Shown in pieces: positions 1 to 12,162 of a stretch of 64,000 bases of DNA; position 1 is the stretch's first letter, and the number at the start of each line of letters is the position of its first letter. Source of the DNA: Dictyostelium discoideum. Its lineage: Eukaryota. Location of the stretch: assembly GCA_000004695.1 (NCBI GenBank), contig CM000150.2:2816001-2880000 (forward strand), read 5' to 3'. The translations under genes were made by a program, and so were the position numbers. The notes under the pieces were generated by a model, which was not told where the DNA came from, did not search any database, and saw nothing but the letters and a program-made list of their open reading frames with translations.

Positions 1-112
1 TTTTTTTTTTTTTTATAATTAAATAAATGATTTGATGTTTTTTTTTTTTTTTTTTTTTAATTTATACTAAAATTTTCTTGATGTTGAAAAAAAAAGAATT
101 CTTATTTTTTTT

Positions 113-300
113 CTATAATCTTGGAGAATAAAGAATAAAAATCGGATACCCAACCACACTTTGAGATAATAATTTTTAAATTTACCTAAATAAGCCATAA
201 TTTCCGAAATAAGCCATAATTTAAAATTTTTTCCTTTTTTTTTTCCTCTATTTTTTTTTTTTTTTTTTTTCTTTGAAAGGAAACCACCAAAATTTTGAAT
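113..300 (+). repeat. Copy A of a ~90-120 bp dispersed/direct repeat (cTATAATCTTGGAGAATAAAGAA..CACACTTT(G/C)AGATAATAATTTTTA .. CTTTGAAAGGAAACCACCAAAA)
   Basis: Read directly: 113-190 aligns with 445-520 and 270-300 aligns with 540-565, with ~85% identity. The family is not recognised and may be part of a repetitive element. Confidence 0.5.
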
Positions 301-444
301 TTTATTTGAAAATGTTATTTTTTATAAATTGGTAAAGAAAAATGATTTAAAAATTTTTTTGGGTAAATGGAGATAACATTTAGAACACGTTTCAAATTAT
401 TCAAAAATTTTATTGTTCTTCAAAATCTTTTTCATTTTTTTTTC

Positions 445-570
445 CTATAATCTTGGAGAATAAAGAACAAAAAAATGGGTATTCAAACACACTTTCAGAT
501 AATAATTTTTAGATATAATTTAAAAATTTTTTTTTTTTTCTTGCAAAGGAAATCACCCAAAAAAAAAAAA
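445..570 (+). repeat. Copy B of the same direct repeat
   Basis: 'cctataatcttggagaataaagaacaaaaaaatgggtattcaaacacactttcagataataatttttag' followed by 'cttgcaaaggaaatcacccaaaa'. It is a paralogue of 113..300. Confidence 0.5.
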
Positions 571-706
571 AAAATAAAAAATTTAGTCTTTTCAAGGGAA
601 AAAAAAATTAGAAATTTATTATTAATGTTGCAGGGAAATTTCAATAAAATTTCTTACATTACATAAAAAAATAAAAAATAAAAAAAAAAGAATTCATCTC
701 AACATC

Positions 707-738
<32 letters not shown>

Positions 739-1102
739 AAAATCAAAAATCAAAAAAGATATTGCCAGTGATAATATTAGTTCCAATTCAAAAAAAAAAA
801 AAAAAAAAAAAAAAAAGCTTGTGATAATAATAAACTCACATACAATATTTATTTTTTAATTATTGTTTTTTTTTTTAAAAAAAAATGGCATTTTTAAGTA
901 AATCAAATGATAATACAAAAGTATCAATGGAGATTAGAAAAATCAATCAAAGATGATAAAAGGACATTTTTAGGGTATTACACAAGTACTTTGAGCAGGT
1001 GAGTCTGTAAATCAACAATTTTCAAACAATTAAAAATTTTACAAGAAAATGGTCTTTGGACAACAAAAGAGTTACAAGAATTTAGTAATACAATTTCTTT
1101 CT

Positions 1103-1162
1103 TTTTTTTATTTTACTTTAAAAAGTTAAAAATCTGGAAATTTTCTGATTAACTTGGGTTCC

Positions 1163-1201
<39 letters not shown>

Positions 1202-1440
1202 TTTTTTTTATTTTATTTTTATTTTTTTTTATAATTTATAGAGAGTACTGAGTGAATTATTGTATTTTTTGAGATGTTTGGGAAGTGTTATTGCGTGAAG
1301 TGGTGAGTTCCATTGTCTGAATTGTAATAGTTTTAGCGAGATTAATGAATCTACGCAAAATTTTCAAAACGAAACAAAAAATAAATTACAATAAAGTAAA
1401 AAGATGGCTTTTAAAATAGTTTATTTATTTATTTTTTTGT
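1103..1440 (-). mobile_element. TRE5-A-derived fragment: A-module piece, ORF2 3'-end piece, internal oligo(A), start of B-module; 5' end faces tRNA-Trp
   Basis: The reverse complement of 1310..1440 matches the A-module of the TRE5-A copy at 39476..39540 ('aaaagccatctttttactttattgtaatttat..gtttcgttttga.aattttgcgtag'). The reverse complement of 1240..1310 matches the ORF2-3' segment found in both other copies ('..caatggaactcacc..cacgcaata.aacttcc.aaacatctcaaaaaatacaataattcactcagtact.tctataaat'). An oligo(A) tract follows (plus-strand T35 at 1166..1200), then the B-module start 'cctgggaacccaagttaatcagaaaatttccagatttttaacttttt'. It ends about 108 bp from the 5' end of the tRNA-Trp. Confidence 0.6.
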
Positions 1441-1547
1441 TTTGTATGTCTTTTTATATGAAAAATGAAATAATCAAAAAAAGCAATTGTTTTTTTCCAA
1501 AAAAAAATGGCGGGTTATGAAAGTGTGCAATCCAGTTTGTTTTCAAT

Positions 1548-1634
1548 GACTCCTTAGCATAGTGGTTTATTGTAATTGTCTCCAAAACGTTAGAAGTTAG
1601 CAGTTGGTCCAGGGTTCAACTCCCTGAGGGGTCT
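1548..1634 (+). tRNA. tRNA-Trp (anticodon CCA) with a ~13-nt intron 3' of the anticodon
   Basis: The acceptor stem GACTCCT pairs with AGGGGTC at 1627..1633, with one G-U pair. The T-arm is CAGGG-TTCAACT-CCCTG. The anticodon arm is ATTGT-CTCCAAA-[intron aacgttagaagtt]-GCAGT with the anticodon CCA. The D-arm is less regular, so a tRNAscan check is needed. A TRE5 fragment upstream and an ex-B box downstream support a genuine tRNA gene. Confidence 0.55.
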
Positions 1635-1654
1635 TTTTTTAAGAAAATTTTTAA

Positions 1655-1675
1655 GATCGCAGGTTCAATTCCCCT
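1655..1675 (+). promoter_or_regulatory. ex-B box (extra downstream B-box) of tRNA-Trp
   Basis: 'agatcgcaGGTTCAATTCCcc' lies about 25 bp 3' of the tRNA and resembles a tRNA T-arm/B-box. Dictyostelium tRNA genes commonly carry a second B-box downstream (established knowledge). Confidence 0.5.
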
Positions 1676-2160
1676 AAAATTTAATGTATTACCATGATTC
1701 TTAATATTATTAATATTATTTATTATGATTTTTAAAAACTTTTAACATTAAACAATCACCAAAAATCTACAGGTCGAAAAATCAATTGTCCAAATTAAAG
1801 AAATAATACCAGAAAAAATTGTAATTAAAATCATCCCAATAGTAATAATAAACCTGAATAAACTACTATTTTTGCTAAAGACCCAGATCTTGCAAATAAT
1901 TAATAGCATTTGTAAAAGTGGTTTTTTTTTAGACAAATACAATGTACATTTTAATTTAATTTAATGTAGAGCGTCTAAAAAAAAAAAAAAATTTTGGCGA
2001 TAGTGATACCAGTTTGGATATATATTCTAATGTTGGTCATTCCGTAACTAGTAACTCACCTAAATATCAAAAAAATAATTTAAACAATGATATAAAAAAT
2101 TTATAACCTATAATTTGAAAAGCTATAGAGATTAAAGGGGTTATGCTATTGAAATTTTAT

Positions 2161-2997
2161 TTATTTTTTTGAAGCTTTTTTAGTTTTTTTTGGTTTGGTA
2201 GCAGCTTGAACTTTTGGTTTTAATTTAGAGGTTGGTTTTTGGGGTGCTAGCTGTTTTTTTTTATCTTTTTCACCTCTTCTCATTTCAGCAATGCTTAGTG
2301 TTTTTGCAATACCATCGGTTTTTGATTGACGACTTGGTCTAGTTGAAATTGGGACAATTGGTTGTTTTTTTGGGGTATCTTCTTTTTCTTCTTCTTCGTC
2401 TTCTTTTTCTTCTTCATCTTCTTCCATTTCTTTTTCTTCTTCTTCCTCCTCTTCTGGTTCTTTTTCTTCTTCTTCCTCTTCTGGTTCTTCTTCTTCTTCT
2501 CCTGGTTGTTCTTCTCCTGGTTGTTCTTCTTTTGTTTGTTCTTCTTCAGGTTGCTCTTCTTCAGGTTGTTCTTCTTCTTCTTCTTCTGATTGTTCTTCTT
2601 TTGGTTCTTCTTCTTCTTCTTCTTGTTGTTCTATTTCTTTTACTTTTTCTTCTTCTTCTTCTTCTTCTTCTGGTTGTTTTTCTTGCTCTTCTTGTTCCTC
2701 TGGTTCTTGTTCATCCTGTTTTTCTTGGGTTGGTTGAACATTTTCTTCATTTTGATTATTACTTTTTTCGTCATCATCGTCATCCATTTGTTTATCTTCT
2801 ACTTTTTGATGGATAGAGGTTTCAAGGGATTGATCATTTGATTTACCCTCAACATCACTTTCTTCTTTTTGTTGAGAGTTGATAATACTTTCATCATCTT
2901 CAATTTCTTGGAATGGAGAATCCTTTTTATCTTGTTCAGTATTTTCCATTTCAACGTTTTGATTATCGTTCTTTTCTTCATCTCCCATTACCTCATC

Positions 2998-3058
<61 letters not shown>

Positions 3059-3465
3059 GTATCACCTTCTAATTCTTGAAATTTTTCATCATCTTCTTGT
3101 GGTTGTTGACTACTAATATTAGATAGAATTGAATTATTTAAATCATTAAAAGTTGATAGATTTTCATCACTTTTTTTTAATGACTCATTTTCTTGAGATT
3201 GAACGAATGATGAATCACTTTGTTGAGATTGAAAAATGTCACTATCAACAGTGGTATCGTTATTGTTTGAACCTTTATCGGTTGGAGTTGAATATTTTTC
3301 ATCTTGGTCAAAATCAATTGATTGACCAGATGTGTTACCACTTGTTTTACTTAGAAATTGGTTTGTAAATGGTGAATTAAATTGATCATTATCAGAATCG
3401 TCATCTGAAGAATTTTCATTTTTAGAAATTTCTCCACCACTTTCATCACTTTCATTCATTTTCTT

Positions 3466-3498
<33 letters not shown>

Positions 3499-3504
3499 TT
3501 CTTT

Positions 3505-3587
<83 letters not shown>

Positions 3588-4159
3588 CTTCTTCATCATT
3601 ATTATTAAATTGAACTTTTGGTAATGGTTTATGAGCTACTACTCTTTTTGGTTGTTTTGGTGAATCTTCTTCCTCTTCTTCATCTTCTTCTTGCTCTTCT
3701 TCATTATCATCCTCTTGTTCATCTTCATCATTATCTTCTTCATTATTATAATTATATTGATTTTTTACAATTTGACTATTATCTTCATCAGAGGAAGAAC
3801 CAATTTCCATTGGTTCATCTTGAGTGCCACCACTACTACTACTATTTACGATTGGTTGTCTCATAAATTGTTGAGTTGGTACTCTATAATTACCATCATC
3901 CTCTTCTTCACCATCGTCATCATCATCATAACTTTGATCATCTTCTTCATCTTCTTCATCATAATCATCATCATCTTGAGGTGATAAGAATTTTTGTTGT
4001 TGTTGTTTTGATGGTTGTAGTCCTGAATAGGTAGAGAATTTTGGTGGTTCTTTACCACCATGTTTTGGTCTTTCAAAATCTTTAAATCTATCTTCTTCTG
4101 AATCATCATCTTCTTCGACAATATCATCTTCAAGTTCTTCTTCAGTATCATCAGTTTCA

Positions 4160-4258
<99 letters not shown>

Positions 4259-7200
4259 AATAGTTTTTGATGTTTTTGATTTTGTAAGAATTGTTGAGCT
4301 TGCGAAGCTTGTTGATCATCTAATTCATCATCGTCATGAACTACAGCACTATCATCATCCTCTTCTTCTTCATCTTCTTCATCCTCTTCTTCATCTTCGT
4401 TTGAATCAATTTTATAGATATCTTCAAACTCTGAATCTTCATCATCATCATCGTCATCATCAGAATCATAATTTTCATCATCATCATCATCATCATCATC
4501 AGAATCAGGCATACCTCTTTTCTTTAATTTTGGAATTGGATATTCTCTATTTAAACTATCTTTAAATCTAACATTTGTAGTTTTCTTGGCAGAACCACCA
4601 CTTTTAAGTGCAGATTTTAATGGTGAACCTTGTGGAGTACTACCACTAGCAACTGATAAATTTGGTGAAGATGTTGTAGTTGAAGTTGTAGTTACCATTG
4701 TTGGGAAAATCATATCAAGAGAAGATTTATTTGAGGTTGCAACTTGTTCTTCTTCTTCTTCTTCATATTCTTCATCATATTCTTCATATTCTTGTTCTTT
4801 TATTTGTTTCTGTTGTTGTTGTTGTTGTTGTTTTTGTTGTAGTAATAATTGTGAATGAACTTCCATTTGATGTTGTAAAAGTTCTTGTTGTCTTTGGAAA
4901 TCTAAAAGTTTTTCTTGTTGATCTTCAAATTCTTTTTTAATTCTTTGTTGTTCTTGTAATTCTTTTTCTTGTTGAGCCAATCTTTGTTGAATTAATAATC
5001 TCTCTTGTTGTTCTTCATTTGATTTCTTTGTTAGAATCTCTAAATTTGAAATGGGAGCAGTTGATAAAGTTGATGATAAATATAAGGAATCATTATAAAG
5101 TTTTGGAATTGGTGATGGCATTACAATTGGTTTTTGAATGAACGATTGTGGTGGTACTAAATTAACTTTTGAAATTGATTTTGGTAATAATGGTATATTA
5201 TCTTCTTCACTATTTAAAAATTGTTGTGGTTGTGGTTGTTGTTGTTGTTGTTGTGATTGTGGTTGTTGTTTTGGTTTATCTTGTGATTCATTTGTAATAT
5301 TAAAATGAATTGGTCTTTGAATTAATGGTAATGATTGTTCATAATTTAATAATAAATGATTGATAGTATCATGACCATCGAAAACATCACCATTGACTCT
5401 AGTGGATTGATAGTAACGATTAACTTTACAAGCTTCAGGAATACGACCTCTTTTAATATAATATAAAGAGATTAGAGATGAAGCTTTCATTTTGAAAAGG
5501 AAATGTAAAAATACTTGTTCTTCAATTTCATCAAGAGACATATTTAAAATTAAATCCAATTTCTTTAAATTAAATGTATAATTAAATATTGAAAATAATA
5601 ATCTTTCAATTGAATCGATTGTTAATTGATCTTGTAAACGATTTCTAAAACTACGTTGGAATAAGATTGCCTCTAGAATTGAATGATTTGATAAAAGAAT
5701 TCTAACATATAACTGAGCTTCATCTGGAGTTTGTGGTTGGAAATTAAAACCTTTCATTAAAAGTTGAGCATAATTTTTGAATCCAAAACTATAAAATCTT
5801 GCTAAAATTGGATAAAGATATTTCTTTGTAACTTTTGAAGAATTTAATAATGTAAATGCACTTTTAATATCTTCATCAATTAAATTACTATTATTTTCAC
5901 GATTGGTGGCATCTTCATCATCATCATCATCGTCATCAATATTCATTTGATCTTGTGATTTTAATAAATAACTATCTAATTTCCAAATACCCATAATAAA
6001 ACTATAATAATTACTAGAGATATGGAAAGAACCAAAGAATGATTTTAAAGTTTCCGATTGATGTAAACTCTTTCCATTACTACCATTACCACCATTAAGA
6101 TCAGTTAATTCTAAATCTATTAATAAATAGAATAGTACTGAAATCTTTTTTGTAAATTGTTGAGATGATTCAAAAATTTTAAAGAATGATTTCATAGTTT
6201 GAGAATTATGTGGTGGATAAGAACTCATTATTTGATTACCATCAGTCGTTGTTGTTGTTGTTGTTGTTGTTGTTGATGTCGATGACGATAAATCAATATT
6301 TGAATAGAATAAATCAATTAATAATCTATCCGAAAGATATTGATTAGTTCTACCAATATTACCCATTTCAATTGTTAATTTCTCTTTAATAATTTTTCTC
6401 TTTTGAATTGTATAATTTCTAACTGATTCCATATCATTCAATGTTGATGGTTTAAATAAACCAAAATATAAAGACCATTTTAAAATTTCAATAAATCTTG
6501 CAATATTAATTGCTTGATCAATTTTAATTTTTAAAGTATCTGGTAATAAATTGGAATTTGAATTTAAATTTGAATTTGAATTAGAACCACCACCACCACC
6601 ACCACCATCAATTATCATATCATTTGAATTTAATTTATTTAAATTCTCTTGAATATATCTATCAGCTAATGATTTAAAAATACGAACTAAATCTGTAATT
6701 TTAACATAAACTAATTCTAAAAGTTTTGGTGTATCAGAATTTAATTTACTATAAATTTCAGAGAGACCAAAATTTCTATTTAATGTTTGAAAATGTGACC
6801 AAAACGATTCCAATATTAATTTTGCATTTGATGATTTATAATTTAAAATGTAATCCTTTACAATTGAAATTAAATTATTATTTAATGAAAATATTAATAA
6901 ATCATTTCTTTGTTGTTGTTGATCAGATTTATAGAATGGGAAAATATTTGATTCTACAAATTTAACATAGACTGAATTTAAAAGTGTTGATGATTCAAAT
7001 AAAATTGCACCCTTATTCGATAATTCATATACTAATCTCTCTTTTGGACTTAAATAATCTATATTATCAATAGTTGAAAATGATAATAATTTAAATTTAA
7101 AATTTGGATGATAAATTGTTAAATTTAATTTATTTTCTTCAAAATTTTCATAATTATCATCAAAGTTATCACTACCACTACCACTATTACTACCACTAGT

Positions 7201-8352
7201 TTGATATTGATCTTCTTTACTTAAAAATACTTTACTATTATTATTTTCTAATTGATAAAGTACATTATTTAAAACTGATTGTTGATCAATCCAAATTGAA
7301 TGATAACCATTATTTTTAAAGTTTCCATTCTCATCATCCAATTTAATTGAGTGTAACCAATGTTGTTGAGAATTTGAACTATAATTTATACCATGTCTTT
7401 CTAATAAAAATAAATCAAATAATTTAATTTCAATTTTAATTGTACCATTTTCAATGAATTGATAAATAAATATTGATTTTGATTTTGGTATAATTCCATT
7501 ATTTAATTTTAAATCTTTATTTTGATAAAGATATGACATTAATAAAATTTCACCAAATTGATTAGTTTGACTATTAGTTTGATTAATTTTTGTAATATCA
7601 ATTGGTGTATCAACATTTTGAGTTAATGAAATTAAATTATTAATTGTTTTACTTGAATCTGGTGATAATTGTAAATCAAATTCTAATTTATATAAAATGA
7701 TTGAAATGTTATTATTTGAAGATTTATTATTCTTTGAACCTCTACCAATCCATAGATGACTAACACTTGATGTATCATCATCTTCCAACTCTTGATAGAG
7801 AAAGTTGGTGACTGGTGATTGTTTATTCTCTAAATGACTAACACTTGAATGCAATCCAACCTCTCTAGCTGGTGAACAATAATACAATTTGAAGTTGTTA
7901 CTTGAGAATAACTGAAATGTTCCAATGCTATAGCCAATTGCTATCATTCTTAAACTCTCGATATATTCAATCGATGTAACATCCAATTGAGTAAATTGGT
8001 TGGTTTGTTGTTGTTGTTGTTGTTGTTGCTGTTGCTGTTGTTGTTGTGGATATTGGTGTTGTAATTTACTCTTTAAATTTTGTTGTGTAATACCATTACG
8101 ATCTTCAACTAAATATCCCTCTGATGAATGTTTACCTGCTGGATATTCAAATTTGTAACTATTTCCATTAAATAATTGATCACCACCTAAAATAAAATAT
8201 GGTACTAAATTATTGGTCTTATTATTAAAGAAATGTTTATAATCATAATTTGTTATATCTTGTAATATTAATTGATTCTTTTTTTTTTTAAAAAAAAAAA
8301 AATACAAAATAGATTAAAAAAAATAAAAAATAATTAATATTTGATTTTTTTC

Positions 8353-8392
<40 letters not shown>

Positions 8393-9136
8393 ACTGATGA
8401 TAAAAATTGTTCTCTTAAATTAAAATAAATATCAACTATTATAACTTGACAAGAATTTTGAATACCTAATGCTAATGGAGTTTTAATATTTCTAATTAAA
8501 TCAGCTTGTGCTTTTGAGAATTTAGATTCTCTATATAATTGTTTAATGTATGTTATAGTTGATAATGGTGTTGTATCCAATGTTTTTAATGTGTCACCAG
8601 TTTGAATATCTAAAACTTTTAATGATGTACTATTTCCACCCTTTAATGCTACAACAATAAATATTTGATCTTCGACAATTATTTCACCAACTGCTGTAAC
8701 TGAACACTAAAAATAAAAAAATAAAAAAATAAAAAAAATAAAAAAAAAAGGGGAAAGGGGAGGGGAGGGTTCAATAAAAAATAAATTAGTCGTTAAAAAC
8801 AAAAAAAAAAAAAAAACAAAAAGTTAATATCATTTTATTATTATTTTTAAAAAAAAAAAAAGTAAATATATATATATTTACCTCAATTGAATTTTCAACA
8901 ACAAAACAAAATGTTGTTATTCTTTTACCATTATTTAAATCATAAAAAAATATTTCGTTTTCTTTTGTAAACCAACTATAATTACCATCAGAAGTTATTC
9001 CTGATGGAATTTCTTCATGGTTTATATTTGGTTGTTTATTATTATTATGATGAGTATTTCCATAATTGAAATTATCAATTGGTGGATATAATAATTTTCT
9101 ATTGATTTTAGTTTCCATTGTAAGTGGAAAAGACAT
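2161..9136 (-). CDS. Large (~2,227 aa) low-complexity acidic/poly-Q protein, 3 exons; family not recognised (an ELYS-like layout is a weak hypothesis)
   Basis: A 6,147-nt ORF at 2161..8307 is preceded on the same strand by two coding segments joined through canonical introns. Exon 1 is 9136..8882 (MSFPLTMETKINRK..FVVENSIE, donor GTAAAT). Exon 2 is 8706..8395 (CSVTAVGEIIVEDQIF..NLREQFLSS, donor GTAAGT). Exon 3 is 8277..2161 (NQLILQDITNYDYK..). The phases are consistent (255, 312 and 6117 nt). The N-terminal ~1,000 aa are of ordinary complexity. They are followed by (CAA)n poly-Q, D/E-rich tracts, poly-N and a Lys-rich tail '..KPKKTKKASKK'. The exon-3 acceptor lies in an A-run, so that boundary is uncertain. 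Confidence 0.6.
4161..4258 (-). repeat. (CAA)n microsatellite encoding a ~39-residue poly-Gln tract inside the large gene
   Basis: A perfect (TTG)n run on the plus strand. Similar runs occur at 3520..3590 and 7995..8045. Confidence 0.9.
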
Positions 9137-9930
9137 CCTTAGAAAAAATTATGATTGGAATGAAAAACCAAAGTGATGTTGAAAAAAAAAAGAAAAAAAA
9201 TAAAAAAAAAATAAAAAAAATGAAAAAAAAAAAAAAATTGAAAAAAAAAATAAAAAAATAAATTTTAAAAATTAAATTTTAATACGGAGCGCGCCGAATT
9301 TTTTTTACTTTTTTTTTTATTTTTCATTTTTATGTTTGACAACTTCAATCCCTTATTAATTTTTTTTTTTACATTTTTAGTTTTTTTGATTTTATCATCT
9401 TTGGCAACTTTAACCTTTTTTATTTTTTTATTTTTTTTATTATTTTTTATTTTTTTTATTTTTTTTTATTTTAATTTAAAAAATCAAATTAGAGTTTGTT
9501 CCTAATAATAAAAATAATAATTAATAAGGTAATAATAACAAACCATTTATAATTTTGATTTAACCCAAATCTAACAACTATTTTTAAAAATCATAAAATA
9601 TTTATAGATGAACAGTGGCAGTTGACTCACAACAAGCATTTAAAAAGATATTTATTTTCACCCTTTTAGTGGAAATTACTTTTTTAAAAATTTTATTGTT
9701 TTCTTTGAAAATTCCCAAATTTAATTTATTTTATTTTTTATTTTATTTTTTTTTTTTTTAATTCTCAAAAAAATAATAAAAAAAAAATAGATTTAATTTT
9801 TTTTTTTTTTTTTTTTTGCCATAATATAAATCAAAAAAATAAATAAAAAAATAAATAAATAAATATAAATAAATAAATAAATCAAAAAAAAAATAAAGTA
9901 AATTAAATAAAAAAAAAAAAAAAAAAAAGA

Positions 9931-12040
9931 ATGTTAACAGTAAATTTTTTAGCAACAAATAATTTTAAGACAAAATATTCCGATCTTTCTAAAGATACAA
10001 CGATTGATAGTCTTAAAATACAATTTTATAGAGAACATTCTTCAAATTTGCCTTTGCCATCTTCTGTATTCATTGAAAGTGATGAAGAGTCAAATAATGA
10101 TAATCATGTAAATAATAATAATAATAATAATAATGGTGATAAAGAAGTTGAATTTAAAGAAATTAATCAAAGTGATGAAAAAGTTGTTGAAGAAAAAACC
10201 AATCATTATTCAAGAGCACATTCATCAATTATTCATTCACATCAAATTAGATTTATTTTCTCTGGTAAACAATTAGAGAATTTTTCAACACTTGAGGAAA
10301 ATAAAATTGAAAATGATTCAACTATTATCGTTGCAGTATCACCATTCCTTGTAAATATCGAAGAACAATTCATTCAACATCAAAAGAAACAAAATCAAAA
10401 AGAATCATCAAATCAAGACCAATCAGATACAGTATTCGTTGGTGTTGCTAAAAGAGATCTCTCCTATATGGGTGGTACTATTGAAGAGAAAATAAAATAT
10501 AAACTATCAATTAATGATCGTTCATTTAAATCATCATCATTACAATCAAATTCTCAAGAATTACAAAAATTAGATGATTCAACTACCTTTAATCTCTTGA
10601 GTAGAATTAATAATTTCAATGATTCAACTATAACTAAAGATCAAACTGCATCCCCAATTATTCCAAATGTAAATTTAATTCCATCAACTAAATCATTTAA
10701 TAATGATTCTAAACTTGATTCAACATTAGAAACTAGTTTAGATAGATTATCACTTTATGAAATTCCAAGTAGAGATAAAATGGATTATTTAAATTCATCA
10801 TCACCACCAACAAATAATCCTACTACTACTACTTCTACCGCAACAACAACAGCAACAGCAACAGCAACAACAACAACAACAAAAACTAATCAAGAAATTA
10901 TTAAACCAAAATTATCAATTGAACATTTTTCACCAAATGGTGAAGTTTCATTTGCTGATTCAATTTCAATTATGTTTAATAGACCATTCCTTGATTTATC
11001 ATCAAATACAAAAGAAATTGAACTTCCAATTAAAATAGTTCCACCAGTTAAAGGTGCTAGTTGGCAATCAGTTGATGGTATTCTTTTTAGATATAGATTA
11101 CCAACATCTGAACCAACAACAACAACAACAACAACATCCTTTGGATTAAATTCATCACAACCAAACTTTTTCCCATTATCAACAACCTATAGGGTATCGG
11201 TTGAATGTTCAAACTTTAAAAAACTTTTCAAAGAAGATATTGCTCCATTAGAATATTCATTTACAACTTCACCACAATCATTACTAAATTGGGAATTTAA
11301 TAATGATTTAATCTTACCACAAATCAAATTAACATTTTCACAACCAATTGATTGGAGTAAATCTTCTGCCATTGCAAATTTATTTTCAATTAAAACCAGT
11401 TCAAAATTAGATCCAAAACTCACAAATCTTTCTTTTGTTCCATTAAACACTAATGATGAATCATGTCATTGGAAGAAACAATTGGAGCAAAGTTCAACCA
11501 CTGTTAGAGATAAAATATTTTGTGTTTCAATTACATCAAAGAATATTATAAAATATGAATCAACCATTGAAGTTGATGTTAAAATTGGTTCAATCGCTTC
11601 AAAGGAAGGTCCAAATTTTAATCCAATGAAAAATATAATTGGAAGGATTTTAACACCATCATTTCTTAGTATAAAAGCTGATTTATTACCAGAGTCCATA
11701 TTAAGTAAAGCAACAGAAGTTAGTTTTTCTTCAAATAATATATTGGAATCTAAAATTATTCCTTCAAATCAATATGACAATTATTTCTCAATTATACCAA
11801 AGGTTGAAATTACTTCAGTCTCTATATGTGGTAAAAGTGTTCGTATTTTTGCCAAATTTAAACATTCCCAAACTTATTCAGTTTCGATTAAAAAGTTTAA
11901 AGATATTTATGGTCAAATTGGTGATTCTCATGGAATTTTCTCTTTTCCAAATATTCCAATTAAAATTTGGACTCATCCATCAATTTCTTCATTTACAAAT
12001 AATTTTTATAATTTAGATCCAAATTCACAGTATGTATTAA

Positions 12041-12080
<40 letters not shown>

Positions 12081-12089
12081 TAATATATT

Positions 12090-12162
<73 letters not shown>

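Noticed and set aside
1748-1942. 64-aa hydrophobic ORF on the minus strand downstream of tRNA-Trp
   Set aside because: It has no start context, its composition fits an AT-rich spacer, and no homology was recognised. It could be part of an unrecognised repeat, but it is not supportable as a gene.
2343-2841. ORF-track ORFs on the plus strand (poly-L/F/V 'proteins') overlapping the large minus-strand gene
   Set aside because: They are antisense translations of GAA/CAA codon repeats from the acidic poly-Q gene, and they are pure low-complexity artefacts.
9284-9300. Short GC cluster 'cggagcgcgccgaa' ~150 bp upstream of the large gene's ATG
   Set aside because: It stands out against the AT background and could be a promoter element, but it is a single 14-bp occurrence with no partner motif and is not assignable.
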